Source: Camelus dromedarius (Eukaryota). From it: a DNA stretch of 64,000 nucleotides. Under the pieces are notes generated by a model that was not told the origin of the DNA, ran no database searches, and saw nothing but the letters and a program-made list of their open reading frames with translations. Both the position numbers and the translations under genes were made by a program. The DNA is taken from positions 54,500,001 to 54,564,000 of the forward strand of contig NC_087436.1 in assembly GCF_036321535.1 (NCBI RefSeq), given 5' to 3'. How positions within the stretch are numbered: position 1 is the stretch's first letter; the number at the start of each line of letters is the position of its first letter. Shown here piece by piece: positions 23,811 through 36,199 of this stretch.

Positions 23811-24324
23811 TGTAAGGTAGGCAAAACTTCTCCTTTATCCTCTTAGGATTTCTTGCTAGGCCCGAGAGTTAAGTTTACATGTGACAGATTAATAAGAGGA
23901 ATTGTATACAAATTTTATTTAATATTTTCACATGTAGGTGGGAATCTGCACAGGAAAATGAAGACCCCAAACCAGCTAGGCCTAAGTGATTTTATACTAT
24001 GTTGAACTAAGAGCAATAATTGTGAAAAAGTAACTCAAATATACAGGGAAGACTAAAGAAGGGCTATTTTAACAAAATTTGTTTATACAGCTTTCTCTTG
24101 GCCTTAACTCCCCATCTTTGTGACAAAAATGTTTTTGTTTTTTTTTTTTCCTTCTGGTTTAGGGAGGACATTTTTTCCCTGGGAGCTTTATCTCTCGCTT
24201 TCAGGAAGAATAGAGGAGATCAGGGTGCCCTTCTTGCATCTGTTATTTCCCAAGTGCCTTTGGCCTCAAATGATCCTTATGCCAAACTGGCATATTTTGG
24301 GGTGGCAGAGTCTGTTGCCCATCA
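23811..24324 (-). mobile_element. ERV1 solo LTR (MER34/LTR39-like laurasiatherian family)
   Basis: TG...CA termini; near-TSD CTTT/CTTG; end motif tccttatgccaaactggcatattttggggtggca shared with 36413-36990. Confidence 0.75.
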
Positions 24325-25922
24325 CTTGTTAGCGCTGAAGCTAAAACACAGTTGGCTGGGCTTGTGGTGCCATACAGCTTCTGCTTAATCTGTGCTTCTG
24401 GTAGATGAAGAAAACAATGACTATGAATGAATGCAGGTGATACTGAGGACATTGTAAACATTAATTAATCACTTACTTATATATTCATAAAAGTTGTTTT
24501 AAATTGCCTTTTTCTCCTAATATTAGAATGCAGAAAAACTTCAGTTAACTGAAAGTTTAGATCTTTTCATTTGTATTTTAATCTTTTTCTTTAAATTTTG
24601 ATTATAAAATAATCCTGATGGTATTAATAAATACACAGTAAAGCCTTGTTTCTGCCATGTAGCCTTCACAACAGCACTCTGACTTTTTCCTCCCTTCCTC
24701 TTCAGGTTCTCCTATCCTGATTTAACGCTATCTCATGTTTTATTTAACTTCAAGTATCTGATGCGATTACCAATATCGGTGTAGTGATTACTTGGGTGAA
24801 TTTGAGTGAATGAGTATGCGCTTGAGTTCTAGAGCATATTTTAACAATTATATTAGCTACTGTTTTTATTTCAAAATATATAGAACACTTTTTATTTCAT
24901 CAAAATATTTTTATATAATATGTGTGGGTGGGTTTTTTCCAATTATGAAAGCAATTTGGTATAGAAATTAGGCAGAATTATAGAAATAGAAGGAATTCAG
25001 AAACTCAAAGTAAAGAAGAAAATTAAAAATTACCCACATACAGAAGACTGAGATCTCACATTGTACTTAGGCTCTGCAAATGTCTGAGGCATTTTCATTA
25101 AACCACTGCAGAGGGGAGATAAACTCGGCTTTTGTCTTAACAACTACAGATTACCCTGAGGATTTTTATAGTGTTAAAGATCAAATACTTAACGCTCATA
25201 GGGATAAAACTTGTTAAAATATCATTGAACTCATTTTAAATTTATTTACATATGAATTTGATTAACAGTAGTTAAAATTTATGAACAATTACTATCTCTA
25301 ACAATAACTACGCTTTCTCATTTCCCACATTTGTTTAAAGCATATTTCTGAAAACTTTCATGCAAACTAGAAATGAATGGAAGTTTGGATTCTGTTTTGA
25401 TATCTAGCCAAAACCTGCAATTCAGCTTCAACTTCAGGTTTCAGATTTTGGAAGGTAGAATGGGCAACTGCTTACTTCAAAATCATTTTTGACATCCTTG
25501 AACTTGCCTTGACTGGTAGTCATAGGAACGTGCAGAGTTCCAAAGCACATTATCATTAGCACAAACAAGGCATGACATTTGCCTTTATGTTAATATCCAA
25601 AGATTAATTTCCAAATAGAAGTAAACATATAAAATATAATTTATAATATGCTTCATATTTTGAAATTCTGTCTTGACTTAAAAGATTTTGGAAACTGTTA
25701 TGCAAGATGTTCAATCAAGATATAATAACAACTATTGCATGTAAGAAAAAAACATTTTCAAGCTATTACTTGAAAAAAAAATTACCAAATACAGGATAAC
25801 AGTAATGACTAACAAGCAGTGGTTACTAGCAGAGGCAACAGTCTGATGGAAAAAATCAAAAGAATAACCAAATGGCTGAGCCTTGAAAGTGCAGGTGTTT
25901 GCTATATAATATACCCTCTAGA

Positions 25923-26054
25923 GTAGGGAGGGTGTAGCTCAAGTGGTAGAGCGCCTGCTTAGCATACACAAGGTCCTGGGTTCAATCCCCAGTATCCCCT
26001 CGAAAACCAAATATGCAAACTTAAATACCGCCCCCCCCCCACCAAGAAAATAGT
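25923..26054 (+). mobile_element. tRNA-Ala-derived SINE (camelid Vic-1 type)
   Basis: Head GGGAGGGTGTAGCTCAAGTGGTAGAGCG..TTAGCAT..GGTCCTGGGTTCAATCCCCAG with A and B boxes; A-rich and C-run tail; 13-bp TSD TATACCCTCTAGA (25910-25922, 26055-26067). Confidence 0.88.
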
Positions 26055-26569
26055 TATACCCTCTAGAAGCCCTCCTGCCATTAGACTCCTAGGCCATTCT
26101 GAAAATGTGCATTGAATGAAAACTAAAATGATGACAGGTGAGTGTAAAAAAGCAAACACATGCAAAAAGATTAGAAATAAAATACATAATTAAGGGCAAC
26201 AATCTGATGCTAGTCTTAAAGTTCTTTAGGAAGCATTGTATTTAAGCAGTGCACAAACTCAGTTTGAGGGATTATTTCTCTTAATTTGCCTCACCATTGT
26301 GGAGCAAATGGTCAGGTCCAGAAATTAAAGAGAACACAGGTGTACATCTTGGTCAGTTAAAATCATGTGATAACTTGGGGGCAACATCATACACACAGGT
26401 TGCAGAAGATACTTCCTCTTCCATCAGATTCAGTTGAAAGCTATCATTTATTTTCACATGTGTACAGTAACGAAACTAACCCACAGCTAATATCAGTAAG
26501 AAATTATGGTCCCTGCATTACTATGTCGAACTTTCAATATACTATACTAATGTTTTTGGTAACAAAATT

Positions 26570-28100
26570 ATAAAAGTAATTTAAATTGTTTTAATTACAT
26601 TTCAAATATATTTTATCATCCCAGAAATTCATTTCTTTATACCACTTTTGGGAGCTACAGAATCCAATCCAAGATCGTGCTTGGCATTTAGTTGTCATGT
26701 GTCTTTAGTCTTCCTTAAACTGACATAGGCTTTGTCTTTCAGTATGGTGATGTTTTTTGAGAAGTTGAGGGATTTTTTCTCATTTTTGGTTTCTCTGGGG
26801 TTTCTTCATGATGAGGTTCAGATTATGCATTTATGGTTGGAACGCTACGTATGTGATATGTGTATTCTTGAGGGTATCACATTTAGAGGCACAGGGTGCC
26901 TGTTGGTCCCTTATTGGTAAGGTCATTTGGTTAAGGTTTTGTCCATTTTATCTACTGTATAGATACTATGATTCTTTTTTATAATTAATAAGTAGTATAG
27001 GGAGATACTTTGAGATTAAATAAATATTCTGTTTCTCATCATCCTTTCTCTACCTGTATTTAGCATCAATTGATGATTCTTGCCCAAACCAATTTTTACT
27101 ATAGTGGTTACCAAACAGGGATTTTTCTAACTCTGACACTCAGTCCATATTTATCAGTAAACTATTTATTGTAAAAGAAGAACCCCCCCATTCCTCTTTA
27201 TTTGTTAATTTATCTGCCTGTGTATTTATGATCGTTATTACTGATAGATCTCTATTACATTCACTTGATTCTAACCCATTACTTCAAAAATTATTTCTGA
27301 TGCTCATTCAGATTTGGCCAGTGCTAGCCCCTTCAAACTGCTCCTAGGATCTTTTGCCATGCCTTCCCCCATCGTTTATTTTCGCACTTTCTGGGCATTT
27401 CATTTCTGGTATAGGAAAATATCACAGAACCATTGTGTACATTCCCTGGTCAAGTGCTGGACTCAACCACTTTTTCAAGGAGCCAGTTTCCTTTAGTAAG
27501 TTATGGTGTTTAGAAATCAGTATCTGGGTACTAGATGTGCTCATTGCTGTTATGATGTGGTTTGTAGCCCTTTCAGGAGAGAGGGAGAGGGGGAGAGAGT
27601 GTGTGTGTGTGTTAGTTAGTTATTTAAGTTCATACTTGCCTCTGATTTCAGTCACATGCCACAGAGTTCTTCCTTGTTTTTCTTCATTGCACATTCATTA
27701 CTTACTTCTTCCATTCTGAGGGCCACACTAGCACATTTATGCATTTGCTCAACTGTACCATGCATAGTTTCAGAATTGCTGTACCCATACCTGCCGAACA
27801 AACCTTCCGAAAGAGTTCAAGATTAGTTTGTAGTTTCCTTTTTCTTTGTACCGAATTTTCTTTGTACTATGTTCAAACACAGTGGATACTTTTTTTCTCT
27901 TTTAGTATGGCTGTGTTGTTCATTTTAAATAGAGTTAGGTTCATTTGTTTCTGTTTGCAAGTGGTATCTTCTTGATATGTAGAACATTAATATGCTTTTA
28001 AAAGTCAAAACTAAGCAACTATATACATACAGAGAAATATCCCTTCCGATCTTTTCCACACCACTTAGCACTGTCTAAATATTATTTTCCTGTCATTCAG
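26570..28100 (-). mobile_element. Old L1 3'UTR (L1MC4/5-like), antisense
   Basis: aatccaatccaagatc..ggcatttagttgtcatgtgtctttagtc; agatttggccagtg..agccccttcaa; ttttcaaggagcc..ttcctttagt..tggtgtttagaaa..atctgggtactagatgtgctcattgct. Confidence 0.7.
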
Positions 28101-29288
28101 ATTTATCTGGTGAGTAGGAAGGATTGAGAAATATGGAGGACAAGTCACTTTGATCAGTTGAAGTTTACTGCAGAAAGAAGAGGCGAGGAAATTAGAATAG
28201 GAGTTGAAAATGCTTTGCATAAGGTAGGTCCTTCCAGTGTATGTATTAAATATTTATTGTTGAGCAGTGAAATGCTCATTAAAATATTTTGCTCTTTTTA
28301 TCAAAAGGGCAATAGGAACTGCAGGTGGCATAGGATACAAACAAGGTAACTCAGACAGGAGCTGAAACTGAGTCAGTCACAACTCTAGTCTAGAAACAGA
28401 GGGTTGAAGGTTAAATACAGTAATCAGCACAGAATAACTGAAGTTCTGAAATCGGAAGTTAGGACAGAGGTCAGTGAGGTCACACTTGAGAGCAGTTAAA
28501 CTCTAAAGTCAGTGGAGAAGCCAGTTGAGGCTCAATAGCTCTTGCAGATTTCAGAGGCTGAATAAAAAACAAGGCTTGTAGAAGGGCTGGGGGCTTGAAA
28601 CAGCTTCCTCAGTGAATAGAAACACCAGGGAAGCCTTCTTCTGGTAGGGTAGGGACGCCTCACCTCCACTCACTTTATGCTTTCTGCTCCACGCACGGGG
28701 GCCTCCACAGTAAGCTGTTACTAGGCAGTAAGGACACAGCCCTCCTCCAGACGTAAAAATTGAAGTACTGGATTTAGATGTAAAATATATTTTTGATTGT
28801 TTATTCTGTTCTCAAAAACATTTAATTAAATTTTGAATGAAATAATATAAAAAACAGGCTCTGCTGTTTTAAACATATTGTTTCGTTTTGTGTGTTTAAC
28901 TCCTTGCTGTATGAGAACTGTTATTCTTCGGTAATACTTAAATAATAGTCATATATTAATTTCAATTTCTAGATTATTTTTTCTTTAAAATAGATGATTT
29001 TCTCTCTTCTCATTCTTATTAAGTAGATATGAGAGAAAAAAATAAAATCTCATTGGTAAAATGACTACTGATAATGTGACATTAATTTATAGCAAAAAAA
29101 AAAAAAAGATACCCTTTAATGGCAGTCAGGTGCTCATTGCTCAGTAACTTTAATACAGTTTATTCCAAATCTAGATGTAATGAAGATACAGTTTTTTACT
29201 TGTTCAGGCATTTGTTTTAACTTTAGTGACTATTTGACAAAACTGAAAAGATGTAAATCTTAAGACAAATTTCTTTAAAGAGTGATAT

Positions 29289-29773
29289 TGTATTAGTTAT
29301 CTATTGTTGCTTAACAGGTGACTCCAGCATGTAATGACTGATAGCAGCATTTATTATCTCACAATTTCTTTGGTTCAGGCATCTGGGGGAGGCTTTGCTG
29401 GGTCCCCTGGCTCCGAGTCTTGCAAGGCTACCTCCAGGTGTCTCAACTGGGGAATGATGCCTCCTCCCGTTGGGACAGTTCACTTTCTCAAGGACTTTTG
29501 GACTGAAGCCTCAGTTTCTCCTTGGCTGTGGGCTGGAGGCTGGCTTCAGTTCCTTGTCATGTGTGTCTGTCTGTAGAGCAGCACAAACAAAGGCAGCTCA
29601 GAGGAAGTGAACAAGAAGAGCCACAGACAGAAGTCACAGACTCATGTAACCTATTTTCAAAAGTCATATTCCTTTTCCACGTCCAGCCCACACTCAAGTG
29701 AAGGGGATCATAAAAGTTTGTAAATGCAGGTAAATGGGGATCATTAGGGCCATCTTAGAAGGCCACCTACTGG
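29289..29773 (-). mobile_element. MaLR solo LTR (MLT1F/G/H-like)
   Basis: tgtattagttatctattg...catttattatctcaca...cagcccacactcaag...ggggatcattagggccatcttag. Confidence 0.8.
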
Positions 29774-29891
29774 TTTTTTCCCCACATTCTGGGATTTTGA
29801 CTTATAATCAGGTAGGAGTTACATGATCCATACATCTTTAATTATCATTTTTCCAGATTGGCGTTTTAATTCTCAAGTTAATGAATTAATG

Positions 29892-29951
29892 AACTATACA
29901 TATATGTAGACTATATACATATATATACAGTCCATTAATTAATGATTATAA

Positions 29952-29988
<37 letters not shown>

Positions 29989-30027
29989 CACACATATACA
30001 TATATATATAAAAATAAATATATAATA
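29892..30027. repeat. (TA)n / (CATA)n AT-rich microsatellite
   Basis: Direct inspection; pure (TA) run ~29957-29984. Confidence 0.9.
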
Positions 30028-32764
30028 GAACCTCTACCAGGGAATGACTGTACATATGACATAATGGATTTTATCTTGTAGCTACCTCAGGCACAGATAT
30101 ATGCAGCATTCTAAAAGTATGCTGTAGGGTTCTCATGGACTGCTTGCTAAGAAAGGCTTAGTTTGGCTTCAGAAGTAGCCTGCATTCCCCTTTAATCTAG
30201 ATTCCTCTTTTGTATATGTCACTTTGCTCTTGTTTCTGTGCCTTTCTTCCTTGGTGTTGACATCTCTTATTTCAGGATCCTTAGTCTATTTGCAAGAAAT
30301 TCTCAGTCCCTGCTAATGCAATTGCTCAGAGGTCACATTAAGTACAGTCTTTATAAATTGAGTTCTACAGAGTCTTTGCTTCCCTTGCTCTAATATGTCC
30401 CGCAGAATTCTTGCTGCCTGTGTTAGTTGTTAACCTCAGGAATGCCTTTTGTTCTGTTTGCATGGCCCTGCAGCTCCTTCTCTTGCCTGAGAAATCTGTG
30501 TCTGCCCTTGTGTCTTTTCTGCCATCTTATTTCTCTTTCTGATGCTGAGGTTAAAGTGATGTTTTACATTCTATTCCCTTTGGCAAGATGAGTCAGTTTT
30601 TGGGTGTCTAAGTTGAAATGTGACCCTGCCATGTTTGCAGTACCAAGACAACAGAAGACTCTCAGGAATAATTCTCTTTACAGTATTTTATTGCCACTAT
30701 TTTATGTGCCACATGAAGATAAGATAGAAATGATAGCTACTCTGTTGAACTCATTAGACAAATTCTGAAAAACTTGCATTTTTGTCATAATTCCAAATAC
30801 TGTGTGCTTCATTTTTTTTTTGACTCCCTCTCTCTGATAACTGACTAAGGAATTACAAATCCAGAGGCCTTTTTTATAAGATCCATTTTCTAAATGAATA
30901 ACTCTGTCTAGTTTATATAATTTAGTTTTATACTGACACAAACCTTCTAAGAAAGTATAAGTATTTTTTCAAGGGAAATTAATGTTCTCTATTAATATAT
31001 TGGTCTTCTCTCTTTGGTCCTTTTATTCAGTAACTTTTGATTGAGTAGAGATGATCATTGATAAAATACATACACATATATTTTTTTCAGTACTCCTTTT
31101 AATCTTTTTATTCCTTAAGTCTTACAAAAAATAACTATAGAGACAAGAAGAGACTTGTAATTTTATTCCAAAGGAGGGAGAGAAATGATGATAGCACTTT
31201 TATAGTTACTGTTTGTTTCTCAAATAGAGCTAGATGTCTTATCTTTATGTTTTAGTTTAATGCAGTAAAATCTTCAAGTTAGTGTTCTGGCTTATTAAAG
31301 ACTTGGCTTTTTGTTGAGGAAACTGCATAAAAATATGTAGATTGTGTGAATTCAGGTGTGTGATATTTTCAACAGCCTACAAATCATAAAATGCAATTTT
31401 CTCCTTTCAGTGCCAAGTTCATGATACTAAATGGCTTAGAAAATTGTATTAGGTAATTTTCTCTAGTGCATTTGATGCAAATTGCACTAATATTGTGAAG
31501 TGCCTTTGTTTAACACATTTTCTTATAAGTTAGATGAATTAAAATTTCTAAAGGATGGAATTGGATCAAGATGATTATGATTAGGGAGATGGCTTATTCC
31601 TCTCTAATAACATCAAATATGGTTAATTCCATGCATTAGTGATGTAAACCAAAGTAATTTCACCATTTACTCTAATCACCACTTTCTTGTCTTCTAGTAG
31701 ATGATGAGTGCTTTGTCTGAGGGTTATGCGATAAAATCTCTATTTCTGCAGATGTATGTAAGAGATGTTACCAGTTTCCATAAAAATATTTTTATCACTC
31801 AAAGTAGTTATTTTTGGAGGCACCCAATAATGACTCTCTTCACTTTAGGTGTTTTAAAAAATCATTCTGGAACCTGAAGTAAGACTCTGTTGTGCCTTAT
31901 AATGCTCAGAAAAAGGATGTGTGTTATGTTAAAAAAAATATGGAATGATAAAGACCTTTGTGGAATGATAGATGTAAGTGATGAAGTGATACAGATCAAC
32001 AAGAATGATTTACTCAGAGTGAGAGTTTGTTGTCTCCTATCTTTAATGTTAGATTTTTATCTTACCCACCTATTTCTAGGAGATTGTATTTTCATGCTGC
32101 TCCAATCTGTCCTGTACTGCCTGCTTCAGGGCTTCTAGGAACTTGTACAGAATCTGGTATATATTGGGTACTTGGCATATAGTGAACATTCAATTAATAA
32201 ATGTTGATTTTACAAATTAATTGATCTCCTACTCTTATGATAGCATGCATAACCATAAATAACTGTTCTGAGTTACTTTTTAGGTTAAAAATTACATTAA
32301 TGTATTAATGGCAGATAATATGTTATCTACCTCCCTTTTACCATGATTCTTTCTACAGTTCTTTTACTTTAACAGGGAAAAAAAACCTAACAGGGTAATT
32401 AATCTTATAGGAATTTCAGCCCCTTAAGGCAGACTGAGGTTCAGGGAGATTCTACCTGCTGTATCACATCACCTAGCCAGTGTCTTCTCTTGAGACAGAA
32501 TGAGATGAAAAACAGTTCGTAACCAAGCCAATTTAAAGAAAAGTGATGCAGCCTTTAAAAACAGATGCCCTTTGAGTGCTCATATTGGGAGACCAGATCG
32601 AGCATAAACATATACGCGTGTCCTATAGGCGTATTTTCACTGGAGTCTTAAACTCTCCCTGTTTTCCATTCCTGAAATGTGACAAGGCAGAGACAGCAGT
32701 GGGCACCAGGAAAATTGCTCACCGTCCCATCAATTTCTAGCCCCATGATGATTCTAATGGATAA

Positions 32765-33000
32765 TATATTTCTTATGAACATTTTTTAGTGTCTATTCTA
32801 TGCAAGAACTAAGTGCTTCTCATGTCTGTCCACTTATAACAACTATATGTGGTAACTGCTTTTATTATGTGTATTTTACATACTTAACTGAGACCAAAAG
32901 AGGTGAAAGACTTGCCCAGATTCGTCGTGCTATGGTCTGAGTGATACAAATAGAATGAAATACATATCAATCTTGATTTGAATCCTGGCTATATAACATG
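32765..33000 (-). mobile_element. MIR SINE
   Basis: cattttttagtgtctattctatgcaagaact...attttaca..aactgagaccaaaagaggtgaaagacttgccca...gatttgaatcc. Confidence 0.7.
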
Positions 33001-34139
33001 TTTCTTCTATGTATGGACTACGATTAGATTCTCTTTCTAGTCCCGTTATAATCTTGGCACCAGTAGGGCTTGTAGACAATCCCCAGATCTTTCTGACATG
33101 AACTAAATTAGTTTAGATATTTATTACGTTCTGCTTGTATTCTTTAGAAATACATCTTTATATTTATCTGCACTGAATTTCACATTCTTCGTATACTAGT
33201 TTACTGAGATATTAAGAATGTAGATAATATCATGTAATACTGATTAGGCCTTTAAGCTTTTAGTTACTCTTAAATTCATTTAATAGTCACAGTAAGAGGT
33301 ACCTCAGTCTGTGACAGTGAAAGTGCCCATAAGCAAGTAACTATGATATAAGGGACCCACCCACCCTAGGCACCAGTTTGAATGCTTTTGTGAACCCATT
33401 ATCTGCATGCTTGACAACTGTCAAAGACAGCTTGAAAAGGAAATTTTGTAAGAATAATAAGTGTTCTTTTGTCCAGGTACACAAGTAGGAACTCCTCACT
33501 TTAAAATTATAATTTGCATAATAATAACTGCAGTCACAGTTAATAATGAGAGAGCAGAGACTAGAATTTAGGTCTCCTGTGGAGATACTCAGTAGATTGA
33601 AATTTGTTTTATTCTAATGCAAACTAAAAAAATTCAACAGCAGATGTGGATCAAAAATGATTATAAAGCCACATTCTAAGGAAAAAAATTATAAGTGAAA
33701 ACCACTCAGAAATGTTAAGTGTTGTATTTAGCAGTGTGTATGGTCTAAGCAAATTGAAAGCCCTGACACACATATAGAGCTTAGCACAACAAATTATTCT
33801 GTTTAAAACGAGCTTTACTTACTACTTTTATTCTGCAATCATAGTGCATTTAGAGTTTTATTAATTTCAAAGTGAACTGACTTCCCTTTTAGAAATCATA
33901 AGGAATACATTCTTCTTCTATATTTTCATTATAGTGGATAGCATTAACAACATAGGTAATTATAACTATTAAACTGTTAACTATAATGTTAAACATTCCA
34001 TACATGGTGGTAAATAAATGGTGGTAAATAAATATAGAACTAGCATAAGATTTTCCTAAACTAGGTTATTCCATATTATAAGCCGCTCACCTCTGTAACC
34101 TTTCTCCCTTTTAATTTATCTATATTTTATTAGCTTTTT

Positions 34140-34882
34140 TGTTTTGTTTTTAATAAATTTTATTCTTTAGAGCAGCTTTAGGTTCACAGAAATATTGAGC
34201 AGAAGACAGATTTCTTATATTCTCTCCTGCTCCCACACATGCAAATCCTCTTGTATTATCAACATCCCCCACCAGGGTGGTACCTTTGTTACCAGGGTCG
34301 ACTGAAATAAATGCGCAGCCTAAAAGTTCAGAGTTGTTTTATTTGGCAGGAGTACTCCAGCTGGGGTGACAGCCCCTCAGATGGCTCTGAGGGACTGCTC
34401 CAAAGAAGTAGGGGAGGAGCTAGGATGTATAGGAGCTTTACAACAAAGACCAGGTAGTTGGAACAATAAAAGATTACTTGTTATCTAAAGAAAACCTGGC
34501 ATCTCAAGTTAAAGAATTTAGTGCTTTTCTATGTATGGGAGGAAGCAAACATTTGGGCTCATTGAATTCATTCCTTTGACAATCATCTAGCTATCTAGGG
34601 CCATTATTTTGTCCTTTATTATTCTGAGTCCGCTCAGAGTGCACCATTGTGAGTGGCTGCAGAGGCTGGGCTGCAGAGGGGCTGTCCTCACTGGGGGGTG
34701 GCGGCAGCTGCTGATGACTTGGTTTCAGCATTCTTTGTTTACTGATATGGTTGCAGTATTTTCATTCACACCGGGATGAACCTACTTTGATACATCATTA
34801 TCTCCCAAAGTCTGTAATTTACATTAGAATTTGCTCTTGGTGTTGTACATTCTACAGGTTTGGATAAATGGATAATGACATT
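34140..34882 (-). mobile_element. L1MC1-like 3' end, split by an LTR insertion
   Basis: tttagagcagctttaggttcacag...attatcaacatcccccaccagggtggtacctttgttac | gatgaacctac...gctcttggtgttgtacattct continues across the insert. Confidence 0.8.
34296..34770 (-). mobile_element. ERV1 solo LTR nested in the L1
   Basis: On the minus strand TGTGAATGAAAA...TTTCAGTCGAC(C); TSD CCAG/CCGG; AATAAA on the minus strand near 34338; cleanly interrupts L1MC1. Confidence 0.8.
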
Positions 34883-35204
34883 ATTTTGCAGGGAGGCACA
34901 CTTCAGCCCACGACATCTTCAAGTACGAATAAGACACATGCTATGACTTGAACTTAAGTATTCACACTCCAAATCCAATACTATGTCTTTATTTCCAGGC
35001 TTCAAAAGCTATTCATGGCAAGATAAAGGATATTTTAGAATGACTTTCATCCTCTTAATTGTAGTGAAATTATCTTTGAGCAGGTCAGAGAAAAATGACA
35101 TTGTCATTCTCATTATTATTTAGTTTTTACTAGGTATAGACATGTGCTAGTGAAGTGAATATATATAATAAATATATTATTTTATGTAATTCTTACAGCA
35201 ACAA

Positions 35205-35345
35205 TGTAATATATAGTTTATCCTACCTTTGTAGATAGAGACATTACTCAGCTAGGCTAAGTAATATGCCAAGGCCATAAGTAAACAGAGTGATTAAATT
35301 GGTACCCTGGTCTGTTCACTATATAAGTCATTCATAATGCCATAT
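35205..35345 (-). mobile_element. MIR fragment
   Basis: tatcctacctttgtagatagagacatt..ctcag..aggctaagtaatatgccaaggccata. Confidence 0.55.
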
Positions 35346-36199
35346 CTGAATTCATTTATTCCACTTCATACATTGAGTATAGTCATATGTTAGGTGTCTC
35401 ATAAGCTCTCGAAGTCAATTTGCCTGGAGTAGCAATTCTCTTTAAAGCAACTCAGTATCTTCTACTGTTTCCTAGTTTACCTTTCCTCCACCCACACAGG
35501 CTCTCTTTCAATCTCTTCTCTCTGCCTACAGGCTCTTTTCACATGCTGATTTATCAAACTGACTCTCTTTTGTATGCTCTTTCTAATAAAAGCAGAGTTT
35601 TCTCAGAACCTGAGAAGTGAAGTGGGGTACCATATTTGTACCTCATACAACATTATAGTGGTGGATATTGTACAACTATAATAAAATCTCATAATCAGAA
35701 AAACAAGTTTTAAATTGAAATACTCTTTATAATCTGGCATAGTAGAGAATTTTTAATACATGATAATTTTTCAATAAAACTGTCAATACCTAAGTGCAGC
35801 ACAATCTCAGGTACACATTTTTTAAAAAATTATACAGTTATATCTAACATATCTTGTGTTTCTTTTAATATCATCAGATTTTTGAAGGTTTTTCTTTTTC
35901 TCTTTAGAAACAAATTCTGAACAAATGCATGCATCATTTTCCTTTGTAAAAGTTTCACTAATATATAGTAAGGATTCAAGGCATAAATCAGTAATGTAAA
36001 ATAAGATATGGACTTCAAATGAGTTAAAGACCATTAAACAATGATGAGGAATATATTCTTTAATCATAAATAGATGCCTATTCTCTTTGGCTCAGTTCTA
36101 TGCAGTGAGGATATTCGTGATGAACAAAATGGAACAGACAGCTGCCTCATTCTGATGGAGAGACAGTAACTTATCTCTCTATAATTTGGGCAGTGTTGA

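Noticed and set aside
25926..26000. Functional tRNA-Ala(AGC) gene
   Set aside because: The anticodon stem is unpaired, and a SINE tail and 13-bp TSD are present; it is a SINE
32590..32730. CpG-retaining unique patch with a small ATACGC/GCGTAT inverted repeat
   Set aside because: Too few CpGs for an island, only a 6-bp stem, and the minus-strand exon candidate has stops in all frames
34004..34031. 14-bp tandem duplication ATGGTGGTAAATAA x2
   Set aside because: Ordinary slippage duplication
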